In this document: positions 9,775 through 20,040 of the stretch, piece after piece
Numbering within the stretch: the first letter of the stretch is position 1
Layout of the letters: each line of letters begins with the position of its first letter
NCBI GenBank assembly: GCA_022510445.1
Contig: JAFLTN010000001.1
Coordinates: 1 to 56,459, forward strand
DNA: 56,459 bases
DNA from: Muribaculaceae bacterium
GTDB taxonomy: Bacteria; Bacteroidota; Bacteroidia; Bacteroidales; Muribaculaceae
Direction: 5' to 3'
Program-made: the position numbers and the translations under genes
The notes under the pieces: generated by a model
Told to the model about the DNA's origin: nothing
Seen by the model: only the letters and a program-made list of their open reading frames with translations
The model's database searches: none

Positions 9775-10644
9775 ATGGCTAAAAGAAATGTAGATCTTAC
9801 ATCCCAAGAATGGCGCGATCTTGTTTTCGCCGACAAAAATAAGGATTTCGGAGCTTATGAACTCCGAAAGGGTAGTGACCGCCGCCACAATATGGCTGCG
9901 CTCTTCACCCTCGTTGGTCTTATTGTTGTCTTCATTCTTATCCTCGCCTATTCAAAATATTCCGACTATCGTGCCGAACAAGACGCTATAGCGCTTCAGG
10001 AACAACGTGAAAAGATGGCGGCTGCTGAATTGATTCAGCAGGAAGAGGAACCCGAACCCGAGCCCGAACCTGAAGACGTCAAGATGGAAATGGAGATACC
10101 TGAAATACCCGAAGAAGTCCTCGCTACAGTTCAGGTGACCCAAATTGCTATCGTTGACGCCGACAAGGTGCAGAACGAAGTAATGGACATGGAAGAACAG
10201 AAGGAAGATAACACCGCCCGTGGTGTTGTTAACCAGGAAGGTTCTGACGACGTTGATAAATTTAAAGCTGTGCAGGAACAGGTAGTGGTTAAAGAACCCG
10301 AACCTGAAAAACCGAAAGAGGAAGAAATCTTCGTGGCTGTGGAACAGCCGGCTGAATTCCCCGGTGGTCAGGCTGCCCTTATGAAATGGTTAAGCCAGAA
10401 CATCCGTTATCCGGAAGCTGCACAACAGAATGATATCCAGGGTCGTGTTGTCGTTAAGTTCGTAGTTGAAAAAGATGGTTCTGTTGGTCATGCCGAAATC
10501 GCACGCGGTGTCGACAAAGACCTCGACCGTGAAGCTCTCAGAGTGGTTAACAAGATGCCTAAATGGCAGCCCGGTAAGAACAATGGTGTGGCCGTGCGTT
10601 CTTACTTCAACCTCCCTGTGACATTCAAACTTCAGAACCAATAA
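9775..10644 (+). CDS. tonB: Energy transducer TonB
   Basis: N-terminal VF..KNK.FGAYELR plus TM, Pro/Glu-rich linker, TonB_C domain (YPEAAQQNDIQGRVVVKFVV...WQPGKNNG..VRS). Confidence 0.92.
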   Translation: MAKRNVDLTSQEWRDLVFADKNKDFGAYELRKGSDRRHNMAALFTLVGLIVVFILILAYSKYSDYRAEQDAIALQEQREKMAAAELIQQEEEPEPEPEPEDVKMEMEIPEIPEEVLATVQVTQIAIVDADKVQNEVMDMEEQKEDNTARGVVNQEGSDDVDKFKAVQEQVVVKEPEPEKPKEEEIFVAVEQPAEFPGGQAALMKWLSQNIRYPEAAQQNDIQGRVVVKFVVEKDGSVGHAEIARGVDKDLDREALRVVNKMPKWQPGKNNGVAVRSYFNLPVTFKLQNQ

Positions 10645-10667
10645 TCTCGATTCTATTTTCCCATCAT

Positions 10668-10709
10668 AAGGGTGCGTCATATTTCACATCTTGACGCACC
10701 CTTTGTTTT
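10668..10709 (+). terminator. Intrinsic terminator after tonB
   Basis: AAGGGTGCGTCA...TGACGCACCCTT stem followed by TGTTTT. Confidence 0.8.
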
Positions 10710-10822
10710 AAATCGACTGCTATTGAAGCTTGTTTTCTCAATAAATTCCACAAATTTACTTATCCGAAAACCATTACCCTTGACAATTTGTTAATAATTT
10801 AAAACATCAAAAATATCAAGTT

Positions 10823-11032
10823 ATGGAAAGAGACGATAATATGAACAATATGCCTAAAGGCGGCCGGCTTATTTTCGGTATCTTTATGATTTTAGTATAT
10901 GTCGGAGTTGGATTGCTTTTTATCTTCGATGTATTCAATATCGATAATGTAGCCGTTAGTGCTTCTGTGGGTGGCGTACTTTGCGCCTATGGAGTATGGA
11001 GAGGCTACAGACTTTATAAAGGTATGAACTGA
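10823..11032 (+). CDS. Small two-TM membrane protein
   Basis: 69 aa, two hydrophobic helices, ends YGVWRGYRLYK; lies between tonB and the PstS-like gene. Confidence 0.75.
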   Translation: MERDDNMNNMPKGGRLIFGIFMILVYVGVGLLFIFDVFNIDNVAVSASVGGVLCAYGVWRGYRLYKGMN

Positions 11033-11059
11033 ATAAAGTGTATGACCCTATGAATTAAG

Positions 11060-11088
11060 AGCCCTCGCATCTATCTTGCGAGGGCTTA
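11060..11088 (+). terminator. Stem-loop (terminator or RNA stability element)
   Basis: AGCCCTCGCA...TGCGAGGGCT 10-bp perfect stem; weak U tract. Confidence 0.5.
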
Positions 11089-11130
11089 TATCCTGATAAT
11101 ATCCCTTATTTCAAACCCAAAAAACCTGCT

Positions 11131-12144
11131 ATGAAAACTTCATCTTTCATAAAACAGAGTCTTTCTGCACTTGCCGGCTTAGTAATTATCGGAGGCTCTG
11201 CTTGTACTCCGGTGAAAAAAGGAGAATACGTCACCGGCAGTGCCACTATTTTTTGCGACGACGGCTTCCGTGCTATCCTTGATGAAGAAATCGAGGTCTT
11301 TGAATACACCTATCCTCAATCATCGATTATCCCGTTCTACGTGAGTGAGAGCGAAGCGATCGACACACTGTTGGCTGACGGCACTCAGGCCATCATTACC
11401 ACAAGGGAGCTCAACAAAGACCAGATCCAATATATGCGTTCGAAATTTAAAAGGGTGGTGCGCCAGCAACCTATAGCCGTCGACGCCGTAGCCCTTATTA
11501 TCAATAAAGACAATCCGGTTGACGTGCTGTCGATGGAACAGATAAGCGATATCCTTAACGGCAAAATAACCAGATGGACCCAGCTGGTAGGAAACGACAC
11601 CACGCAAATAAAGCTCGTCTTTGACAACGCCGGTTCTTCAACTGTAAGCTATCTCAGGGAAAGATTCCTCCCCGAAGGCAAGAAAATATCCGATCTCCCA
11701 AATGCATTTGCCCAGCAAAACAACTCTCAGGTTTTCGATATCGTGAAATCTGATCCTAACGCGCTCGGTGTGATTAGTGTAAGCCGCCTCGGCGATGATC
11801 TTTCAGTGGCCAAAAACGTTCCTCTTGATAAAAGAATGGAAGAATATCAGAATGAAAATGACACTATCGCTACCAATCTTACCACTGAAGTAAAAATCCT
11901 TAAGGTATCAAATCCCACCGAAGAGAATGACTATAGTCTTATCGCCTATGCTCCCTATCAGGCTTATATCTACAGTGGCGAGTATCCTTTGGTAAGAAAG
12001 GTATATATGATTTCAACAGCAAGCAATTCCACTGTTCTCCATAGTTTCTATGTATTTATGACGGGGTTTGTCGGTCAAAAGATCATCAGCCGGACCGGAA
12101 TCCTCCCTTATCAGATGAATCCTCGGGTCATTCAGGTTATTTAG
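11131..12144 (+). CDS. PstS-like periplasmic-binding-fold lipoprotein
   Basis: Lipobox-like GSAC; IAVDAVALIIN, LVFDN..SST, YPLVRKVY motifs of the PBP_like_2 family. Confidence 0.8.
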   Translation: MKTSSFIKQSLSALAGLVIIGGSACTPVKKGEYVTGSATIFCDDGFRAILDEEIEVFEYTYPQSSIIPFYVSESEAIDTLLADGTQAIITTRELNKDQIQYMRSKFKRVVRQQPIAVDAVALIINKDNPVDVLSMEQISDILNGKITRWTQLVGNDTTQIKLVFDNAGSSTVSYLRERFLPEGKKISDLPNAFAQQNNSQVFDIVKSDPNALGVISVSRLGDDLSVAKNVPLDKRMEEYQNENDTIATNLTTEVKILKVSNPTEENDYSLIAYAPYQAYIYSGEYPLVRKVYMISTASNSTVLHSFYVFMTGFVGQKIISRTGILPYQMNPRVIQVI

Positions 12145-12185
12145 GGACCGCCACACCTAAGTCCTTAAACCCTTGCAATCTCTTG

Positions 12186-12216
12186 TTGTCATATATTTAA
12201 AATTTTATTAACTTTG
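12186..12216 (+). promoter_or_regulatory. Probable promoter of TPR gene
   Basis: TTG (12186-12188), 20 nt spacer, TAACTTTG (12209-12216). Confidence 0.5.
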
Positions 12217-12292
12217 CAATAAGGACCCTCCTTTTCTATTAAAATTCAATTGGGCCTTAAAATTTTTCACAAAAACTAACACTCAAAAATAT

Positions 12293-13951
12293 ATGAAACT
12301 TAACCGTATTCTTTCAGTAGCCATCCTGGCCGGTTCCGCTTTCTCTGCTTTCGCGCAGACTCATCAGGAAGGCGTGGAATATTACAGGGCAGATCAATTT
12401 GCAAATGCCAAAGAGCTGCTTCAACGTAACTTTAACAACCCTGGCACCGATAAGTCTATAAGTGACTATTATCTTGGTCTTATCGCTCTCCAGGAGAAAA
12501 ATACTTCTGAAGCTGCTAAATATTTTAACGACGGCACTACTGCTAATCCCGAATATCCCTTTAACTACGTTGGACTGGGACAGATTCAACTTATGAACGG
12601 CGACAAGAAAGGGGCTGAGGAGCTTTTCAAGACTGCCAAATCTAAAACTAAGAAGAATGCAGCTCTCGACATTGCTATCGCACGCGCATACTATGAAGTG
12701 GACCCTGTGGCTTATGCAAAAGAGATCGACAAGAATGTGCTTCAGGCTCAGAAGGATAGTCCGAAACAAGGGCCGGCTTACACCGACACTGATATCTATC
12801 TGTTTGAAGGTGACCGCAAGAAAGATAATAAGGACTTCGGAGGTGCCGGTAACTCTTACGAGATGGCAACCACCTACAATCCGAATGCTACGGAAGCTTA
12901 TGTTAAATATGCAAACCTCTTTACGCAGGTTAACCCCCAGTATGCTATCAACATGCTCAACAACCTCCTGAGCGTTAACCCCCAGTCAGCTCTCGGACAA
13001 AGAGAACTTGCTAATGCTTATTACAATGCACAGAAATATAAAGAGGCTGCAGCTCAATATGAGAAATATGTAAAGAATCCCAACCACTTCAAACAGGACG
13101 AAGACCGTCTCGCTTTCCTCCTATTCGTGGATGGAGACTATCAGCAAGGTTATGATTTCGCGACCGGACTCCTTGCCCAGAACCCCCAGAACTTCACTGC
13201 TCAGCGTTTCCAGTTCATGAATGCTGCCCAGATTCCTTCAATGCAGGATCAGCTCGTTCCAATGGCTGAAGCTCTCGTAGTGGCACACAATGCTAACCCG
13301 GCAAATGTTTTCGCTCCAATCGATTATAATCTTATCAGTGAAGAACTTTCAAATGCAGGTAAAGCGAAGGAGGCCGAAGTGCTTCTTCAGGAAGCTATTG
13401 CCAACGATCCGACAAACCGCGATTATTATAAGCAACTTGCAATGGTATTCGTGAAAGACAATAATCTCCCCGGTGCCGCCGATGCTTTCCAGGGCTATAT
13501 CGACAATACTGAAAACCCGACTTACAATGACTGGATTCAGCAAGCCACTTATGCATTCTATGCCGGGGTTCAGAATCAGAAAGATAATCCCGATGCTGCC
13601 AACAAATATTATGATATGGCTCAGGCAAGCACTGAAAAAGCCCAGGCTATCTCTTCCGATTTCACAAAACCGAAAAAAATCCAGGGTGATATTGCAAAAC
13701 AAAGAGTTTCTGAAGACCAGGTAGCCTCAGCGGCTGTCCCCTACTTCACTGAAGGTTTAGCTATCTTCGAAGGGAAAGCAAACCCAAGCAAGAACGACAT
13801 CAATGATGCTAAGGAGATGTATAACTATATGGGTAACTATTACCTTGATCAGAAAGATATCCCAACTGCTGTTATATATTTCAACAAGTATCTTGAACTT
13901 GATCCCGACAACGAAGCTTACAGAAATTTCGTTGAAGGTCTCCAGAAATAA
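12293..13951 (+). CDS. Exported tetratricopeptide-repeat protein
   Basis: Signal peptide (…SAFA-Q) and multiple TPR-like helical repeats (e.g. YNYMGNYY...AVIYFNKYLELDP). Confidence 0.85.
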   Translation: MKLNRILSVAILAGSAFSAFAQTHQEGVEYYRADQFANAKELLQRNFNNPGTDKSISDYYLGLIALQEKNTSEAAKYFNDGTTANPEYPFNYVGLGQIQLMNGDKKGAEELFKTAKSKTKKNAALDIAIARAYYEVDPVAYAKEIDKNVLQAQKDSPKQGPAYTDTDIYLFEGDRKKDNKDFGGAGNSYEMATTYNPNATEAYVKYANLFTQVNPQYAINMLNNLLSVNPQSALGQRELANAYYNAQKYKEAAAQYEKYVKNPNHFKQDEDRLAFLLFVDGDYQQGYDFATGLLAQNPQNFTAQRFQFMNAAQIPSMQDQLVPMAEALVVAHNANPANVFAPIDYNLISEELSNAGKAKEAEVLLQEAIANDPTNRDYYKQLAMVFVKDNNLPGAADAFQGYIDNTENPTYNDWIQQATYAFYAGVQNQKDNPDAANKYYDMAQASTEKAQAISSDFTKPKKIQGDIAKQRVSEDQVASAAVPYFTEGLAIFEGKANPSKNDINDAKEMYNYMGNYYLDQKDIPTAVIYFNKYLELDPDNEAYRNFVEGLQK

Positions 13952-13972
13952 TCTTAATAAAAAAAATATCAT

Positions 13973-14000
13973 TTAAAAGGACCGGTTTCGGTCCTTTTAA
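13973..14000 (+). terminator. Intrinsic terminator
   Basis: TTAAAAGGACCG-GTTT-CGGTCCTTTTAA perfect hairpin. Confidence 0.85.
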
Positions 14001-14057
14001 TTTGTATAACCTGACTCATAGATTTTTTATCAAACCAAAGAAAAAATATCCGACATC

Positions 14058-14597
14058 ATGATTGAAGATATACTCAGATTCAACGAAGAATTCGTAAAAA
14101 ACGAAGGCTACAAACCTCACGTCACTTCCAAATATCCCGATAAGAAAATTGCAATCGTCACTTGTATGGACACAAGGCTCGTTCAACTCCTGCCTGCTGC
14201 CATGAATATTAAAAACGGTGATGTGAAGATGATAAAGAATGCCGGAGGTGTCATCACTGATCCATGGGATTCCACTGTCAGGTCTCTGCTTGTAGCAATT
14301 TATGAGCTCGGGGTAAATGAAATAATGATTATCGGTCACACTGAATGTGGTGTGCAAGGTATGAATGCGGATGAAATGATCCACCTTATGGAAAAACGTG
14401 GCATCAAGCCTGATACTATCAGTCTGGTCAGAAAATGCGGTATCGATCTTGAAAAATGGTTCAAAGGGTTCAATGACTCGGTTCAGTCGGTCAAGGATTC
14501 TGTGGATCTTGTCAGAAATCATCCTTTCATTCCTGAAGATGTGAAGATTTCAGGATATATAATGGACTCTACAACCGGCAAACTGTCTCCTCTCTGA
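14058..14597 (+). CDS. Beta-class carbonic anhydrase
   Basis: CMDTRL and HTECG zinc-ligand motifs; KNAGG. Confidence 0.92.
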   Translation: MIEDILRFNEEFVKNEGYKPHVTSKYPDKKIAIVTCMDTRLVQLLPAAMNIKNGDVKMIKNAGGVITDPWDSTVRSLLVAIYELGVNEIMIIGHTECGVQGMNADEMIHLMEKRGIKPDTISLVRKCGIDLEKWFKGFNDSVQSVKDSVDLVRNHPFIPEDVKISGYIMDSTTGKLSPL

Positions 14598-14639
14598 AAA
14601 AAATCCTATTCTCCTTGGGATAATCCAGATATAATAAGG

Positions 14640-16739
14640 TCAATATCCTCTTCCCCGGTCGTTTGGATCGAAAGGATTGCGGGTGGGATCGAATTCTTCC
14701 TCTTCATCCTCATCTTCCTCTATATTCTTCCTGTTCCTGCTACGCTTGTCTGCTTCAGGCTTGTTCTTCTTGATGTTGTCAGGCTTCATAAGATCTATGG
14801 CGGTCGCGAAAACATCCCATGTCTCCTGTCGTTCCCAATTCTTCTTGATGTTCAGAACCTTCGGATAATAATATGCAAGATCAGGTTGTATGCCTTTCTC
14901 CACATCTCCGGTATCATATAGTCCGTTACCGTTGAAATCCTCATAAATCCTTGCATAATATTTTCCTGCGGGAAGAAAACGGAATTCAGCCCGGCCGTTC
15001 TGAACCGGAACTTTCCTTATTGGAGAGTCAGACGCGTTTAGCAGTTCCATAAATGCCGGAACAGAATCAACAAAATTGACTATATCAAAAATGAAGGCCG
15101 AATAGTCATCCTCAGATTTTGTCTTGAATTTGAATTCAAGTGGATCTGTAACCAGTCCGTAAATATTTTCGGCAGCCAAGCTGTCTACGGTCAGTCGATA
15201 CTGCGTTTCATAATCCCACGGATACTCTATTTTCAGTTTCCTCGGATTGCCGGAATCAACCGGTTCGAGGCGCCACGCCTGTTTAACAGGACTCCATACT
15301 GAGTCTATTTCAATTTCAAGATGAAAGGCCGTGCTGTCAAGCCTCGTCAGAGGTGTATCGAACTCCATGAAGATCGGGAGGAAAACTTCTTGAGTAGCAG
15401 ATGATGTAACCTTAAAACCAGCCGGTTTTGGTGGTTCTACCCCGATACTGTCGGAGGCCAATGCAAGAGTTTGTTCATCTATGGGTTCGCCTGTTTCTCC
15501 TCTTTGTTCACGTTCTTTTTCCAGGCGTTTCAGTTCCTTCTCCCTCCTTTTCTCTTTCATTTTCTCCAATTTAAGCTGGGCTTTCTTCGCATCTGCCAAT
15601 GCCTTCTTCAGTTCTCTGGAATAGAAAAATCTAAGTGTATCGGTCGAGGCTGTCAGATTCTTGGCTGTGTCGGTCCTCAGATAGGTAGCTGAAATCCTCA
15701 GGCTGTCTAACGAAAGTAATACTTGTGGTTTTATCCAATATGTCAGCGTATCGTTATTTGGAGTTCTCTCAAGAACATACCAATCCTCAAGATCTTCATA
15801 TCCCACCGGGGTAATTATGGGTAATGTATCAGAAGGCGCATTGAATATAAAACTGAGACGGGTAGAGTCTACTCTTTCATATTTCTGAAGATATTGAGGT
15901 TTGTAATCGCTCTCAAAAGAACGAAGAAGAATATCATTCGGCAGGAAACGGGTCCTTTCCCTGTTTATGACAGTATCAACCGTTCCCGTTACGAAATTAT
16001 AAATTGTATCCGTGGTCATAATCCTCTCTGAGGTAGGCACCAGGGTAACGTCATAAAATGCGGTGGCTTCCTCCGGATTAGCTCTTTTGTAATCGTTGTC
16101 TACGTCATTCAAGGCAAATATTCTGTATTCACCGGCTTTAAGCCCCTTGATTGAAAACCTGCCGCGGTCGTCAGTCTTGGCAACTCTTTCAAATGGCAAT
16201 GTCGAAAATGCTGTGTCGGAAAGATTGGAATATATTCCCACGAGCATGCCTTGTTGCGGCTCAAGAGCGTCTGCCGACAAGACCATCCCCGAAATCTGTA
16301 AGGTATCGATATCAGGGCCTGTAGAAAATGTATATGTGAAACCCTGAAGCTTATTACCTTCGTTGTTATCCTCTATAGAATTACCAAAATCTATCGTATA
16401 GGTGGTGTTTTCCTTCAGTGTGTCGTTGAAGGTTACTGTCACCCTTCTTCCCAATGAAGAAACCCTTGGCACCTCTTTAGAGACAGGAGATATCACAACC
16501 TTACTGAAAGCATCCTTTACATTTACTATTTCATTGAAGTCAATATCTATTCTCTGACGGTTAACGTTAGTTGACCCGGGAGCAGGATTAGCCCTGACAA
16601 ATCTCGGGGGCTCTTCATCTCTTGCTCCTCCTGTAGGATTCCCGATAGAGGCACAGGAAACGCCGGCCAATAACACCGAGATGATAGAACCAAGAAAAAG
16701 CAGTTGCCTTTTCTCTATACTGTTTAGCTTGGATTTCAT
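14640..16739 (-). CDS. Lipoprotein with bacterial Ig-like (Big_5-like) domain
   Basis: Lipobox GVSC followed by A..G.PTGG..DEEPP; F+E.V, NTTYTIDFG..I.DNNEGN motifs of a conserved Bacteroidetes family. Confidence 0.8.
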   Translation of the reverse strand: MKSKLNSIEKRQLLFLGSIISVLLAGVSCASIGNPTGGARDEEPPRFVRANPAPGSTNVNRQRIDIDFNEIVNVKDAFSKVVISPVSKEVPRVSSLGRRVTVTFNDTLKENTTYTIDFGNSIEDNNEGNKLQGFTYTFSTGPDIDTLQISGMVLSADALEPQQGMLVGIYSNLSDTAFSTLPFERVAKTDDRGRFSIKGLKAGEYRIFALNDVDNDYKRANPEEATAFYDVTLVPTSERIMTTDTIYNFVTGTVDTVINRERTRFLPNDILLRSFESDYKPQYLQKYERVDSTRLSFIFNAPSDTLPIITPVGYEDLEDWYVLERTPNNDTLTYWIKPQVLLSLDSLRISATYLRTDTAKNLTASTDTLRFFYSRELKKALADAKKAQLKLEKMKEKRREKELKRLEKEREQRGETGEPIDEQTLALASDSIGVEPPKPAGFKVTSSATQEVFLPIFMEFDTPLTRLDSTAFHLEIEIDSVWSPVKQAWRLEPVDSGNPRKLKIEYPWDYETQYRLTVDSLAAENIYGLVTDPLEFKFKTKSEDDYSAFIFDIVNFVDSVPAFMELLNASDSPIRKVPVQNGRAEFRFLPAGKYYARIYEDFNGNGLYDTGDVEKGIQPDLAYYYPKVLNIKKNWERQETWDVFATAIDLMKPDNIKKNKPEADKRSRNRKNIEEDEDEEEEFDPTRNPFDPNDRGRGY

Positions 16740-16959
16740 CTATTACCTGTTTTCAAAATTTTCCAATCTCAAAAGTAACAATTTTTTTTCATGTAGCTGC
16801 CCCTTGACCCTTCATTTTAACCCCTTTTACCATTTTTAAACCCACTATTTCAGTTTACTTCAAAAATTTTACCTATTTTTGCAAGTTGAAATTAAAAAGG
16901 GGGCGTTTTGTCCCTATACTAACCGAACAATTAATTAAAAATATAAAAAATCAAAAACA

Positions 16960-19932
16960 ATGCAGAACAAAGGGTTTATCAGCACCATTGCCATCCTTTT
17001 GGTCTTAATCAGCGGATTCTATATCTCATTTTCAGTGGTGACCCACCACTTTGAAGAGAAGGCCAAGAAGTATGCCATCGAAATGTCGGGCACTGACGAT
17101 GTGACCAACGACGCCTACAAAATGCACCTTAAACAATTCAATGACTCCATCGACAAGGAGAAGGTTTATCTCGGCTACACTTACAACCAGGTTCGTAAAC
17201 TGGAAGTCGGCATGGGACTTGACCTTAAGGGAGGTATGAATGTGGTGCTGGAAATCTCAGTTCCTGACATCCTTCGCCAATATGCCGCCGGACCGCGTCA
17301 GCTCGAACAGATTAATGAAGCCATTGCTGCAGCTCAGGCTGCCGGTGCGAAAAGCAGCGATAAGGATTTTATCTCTAAATTCGCTTCTTATTTTCAGCCC
17401 GGAACAATGGCAGGCCTTTTTGTGCGTGAAGGTGAATATCTCGGCAAAATCCGCAGCAATTCATCAAATGCCGATGTGGTTTCTGCTCTCGACAACCAGG
17501 TTAACAGTCAGATTGACGCCGCATTCAATATCTTCAGAACCCGTATCGACCAATTCGGTGTTGTGGCTCCTAATATCCAGAAACTTCAGGATAAATCAGG
17601 ACAGATCCTTCTCGAACTCCCGGGTGTGAAGGAACCGGAACGTGTCACTGAACTTCTGAAATCTTCAGCAAACCTCGAATTCTTTGAAGTTTACAACTAC
17701 AATGAGATTGCCAATGATCTCAATAGTTTCTCACAGCTCTGGATGCAACAGGACACTGTAAACCACACAAACCTTATCCAGCTCCTCGGTGGAACAATGA
17801 GAAGCGGCAGCCCAGTTATCGGTATCGTTGCTCCTCAGAACCGTGCCCTCGTCGACAGCATCCTCGCTTCTCCTCTTGCAAAACAGAAATTGCCAAGCGA
17901 CTTCTCTGCAGTATGGGAAGTTAAGCCTATTAATTACCCTGTGCTTGATGAAAACGGCAATGTCCTTAAGAAAGCTAACGGAGAAGACCGCACAACTCCT
18001 TATTACCAACTCATCGCTCTGAAGGGTGACGCCGCTCTTGAAGGCGACGCTGTGACATCTGCATCCAGTGAATATGACAATATGCGTGGTAACACCGTAA
18101 ACATGAGAATGAACGATGCCGGTGCTCAGGCTTGGGCTACTCTTACACGCAACAATATCGGACGTCCGATCGCTATCGTCCTTGATAATAATGTTTACTC
18201 TTATCCTAACGTAAACAATGAAATCACAGGTGGTTCCTCAGAAATCACAGGTAATTTCACTCCCGAAGAGGCTAACGACCTCGCCAATGTGCTCAAGTCA
18301 GGTAAAATGAGCGCCAAGGTTGAAGTGGTCAGCAACAACGTTATCGGTCCGAGCCTCGGTGCAGAAGCTGTTACTCAGGGATTCCTCTCATTCGTAGTGG
18401 CAATTGCCATTCTTATGGTGTTCATGATCCTTATCTACGGTATCATCCCGGGTCTTGTCGCCAACGTGGGACTTATCCTTAACCTTTATTTCACTCTGGG
18501 TATCCTCGCTTCATTCCAGGCAGTGCTGACACTTTCCGGTATCGCCGGTATCGTGCTCGCACTCGGTATGGCGGTCGATGCCAACGTGCTTATCTTCGAG
18601 CGCACAAAAGAGGAACTCAAAGTTGGCAAGAAACTTCGCCAGGCCATCTCTGAAGGTTACGGAAACGCTTTCTCTGCTATCTTCGACTCTAACATCACTT
18701 CTGTAATCACCGGTGTAATCCTACTTCTTTTCGGTTCAGGTCCGATCAAAGGTTTCGCCACAACTCTTATCATAGGTCTTGTCTGCTCCTTCTTCACAGC
18801 AGTATTCCTTACCCGAATAGCATTTGAGCTTATCACAAAGAACGGCCGTTGTGCAAATATGACCTTCGACACCAAGATAAGCCGCAACCTCTTCTCCGGC
18901 ACAAGAATCAATTTCATCGGTCATTGGAGAATATCTGCAAGCGTCTGGGTTTCTTTAATCGTGATCTCAATCGCTTCTCTCGCTATACGCGGTATGAACC
19001 AGGGTATCGACTTCTCAGGTGGTAGAAACTACGTGGTTCAGTTCAGCCATCCGGTAAATCCTGCCGAATTGCAGCAGCGTCTCACAAAAGACCTTCAGAC
19101 TGAAGCAAACGATCCTACAGTAAGTGTAAGCGTTATCACAATCGATGATCCTACTAAGGTTCGTATCTCAACAAACTATCGTATCAAAGATGATGGCCAG
19201 AATGTAGATAACGACGTGACACGTCTTCTTTACACCAAGCTTGCTCCCGAACTAACAGATCAGAATGGCAACATTATGGACTATAACACTTTCTCTATGG
19301 CCGATGAAAACAATGGTATCATCTCTATTCAAAAAGTAGGTCCCTCTGTAGCTGACGACATGCGCCGCGACGCTTACTGGGCTGTTAGTATCGCAGTGGT
19401 TTGTATGTTCCTCTATATCCTCCTCCGCTTCCACAACATCGCTTTCTCTGTTGGCGCTGTTTGTGCAGTGGCTCTCACAGCTTTCCTCATCATCGGTTTC
19501 TATTCAATCTGCTGGGGATTCCTCCCGTTCTCTATGGAAATCGACCAATCCTTCATCGCGGCAGTCCTTACAATTATCGGTTATCAGATCAACGATACCG
19601 TGGTGGTATTCGACCGTGTGCGTGAGATGATGAAAGTTTATCCCAAGGAAGACAGATTCCTTACTTTCAACAAGAGTCTTAACACAACTCTTACCCGTAC
19701 GATCATGACTTCATTCTCAACTCTGCTCGTGCTGGGTTGTATCTTCTTCCTCGGTGGTGACACCATCAGAAGCTTCACATTCGCAATGATCTTCGGTGTG
19801 ATTGTCGGTACTTTCTGCTCTCTCTTCTGCGCAGCTCCGATTGCTTATCACATTGTTAAGTTCAATATCGACCGCAAACGTAAAAACGACGACGGCAAAC
19901 CTATGCTTCAGGGCAACCGCCGCTTCCAATAA
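16960..19932 (+). CDS. secDF: Protein translocase subunit SecDF (fused)
   Basis: GLDLKGG, RIDQFGV..P.IQ, IGPSLG, GMAVDANVLIFER, GIDFSGG, GYQINDTVVVFDRVRE motifs. Confidence 0.97.
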   Translation: MQNKGFISTIAILLVLISGFYISFSVVTHHFEEKAKKYAIEMSGTDDVTNDAYKMHLKQFNDSIDKEKVYLGYTYNQVRKLEVGMGLDLKGGMNVVLEISVPDILRQYAAGPRQLEQINEAIAAAQAAGAKSSDKDFISKFASYFQPGTMAGLFVREGEYLGKIRSNSSNADVVSALDNQVNSQIDAAFNIFRTRIDQFGVVAPNIQKLQDKSGQILLELPGVKEPERVTELLKSSANLEFFEVYNYNEIANDLNSFSQLWMQQDTVNHTNLIQLLGGTMRSGSPVIGIVAPQNRALVDSILASPLAKQKLPSDFSAVWEVKPINYPVLDENGNVLKKANGEDRTTPYYQLIALKGDAALEGDAVTSASSEYDNMRGNTVNMRMNDAGAQAWATLTRNNIGRPIAIVLDNNVYSYPNVNNEITGGSSEITGNFTPEEANDLANVLKSGKMSAKVEVVSNNVIGPSLGAEAVTQGFLSFVVAIAILMVFMILIYGIIPGLVANVGLILNLYFTLGILASFQAVLTLSGIAGIVLALGMAVDANVLIFERTKEELKVGKKLRQAISEGYGNAFSAIFDSNITSVITGVILLLFGSGPIKGFATTLIIGLVCSFFTAVFLTRIAFELITKNGRCANMTFDTKISRNLFSGTRINFIGHWRISASVWVSLIVISIASLAIRGMNQGIDFSGGRNYVVQFSHPVNPAELQQRLTKDLQTEANDPTVSVSVITIDDPTKVRISTNYRIKDDGQNVDNDVTRLLYTKLAPELTDQNGNIMDYNTFSMADENNGIISIQKVGPSVADDMRRDAYWAVSIAVVCMFLYILLRFHNIAFSVGAVCAVALTAFLIIGFYSICWGFLPFSMEIDQSFIAAVLTIIGYQINDTVVVFDRVREMMKVYPKEDRFLTFNKSLNTTLTRTIMTSFSTLLVLGCIFFLGGDTIRSFTFAMIFGVIVGTFCSLFCAAPIAYHIVKFNIDRKRKNDDGKPMLQGNRRFQ

Positions 19933-19950
19933 AACTTAAAATTATATCTC

Positions 19951-19987
19951 AATGGAGTTACAACATTTCTGCTGTAACTCCATTTTT
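19951..19987 (+). terminator. Intrinsic terminator after secDF
   Basis: AATGGAGTTACA...TGTAACTCCATT stem followed by T run. Confidence 0.8.
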
Positions 19988-20040
19988 AAACTTTTCACTT
20001 CACATTTGGTCAAAAAGATAATAAACCAACTTTAACAATT

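Noticed and set aside
10048-10071. GAACCC-type hexamer repeat as a contingency locus
   Set aside because: Encodes the ordinary EPEPEPEP linker of TonB; in-frame and degenerate.
14016-14522. 168-aa minus-strand ORF
   Set aside because: Antisense shadow of the clearly identified carbonic anhydrase.
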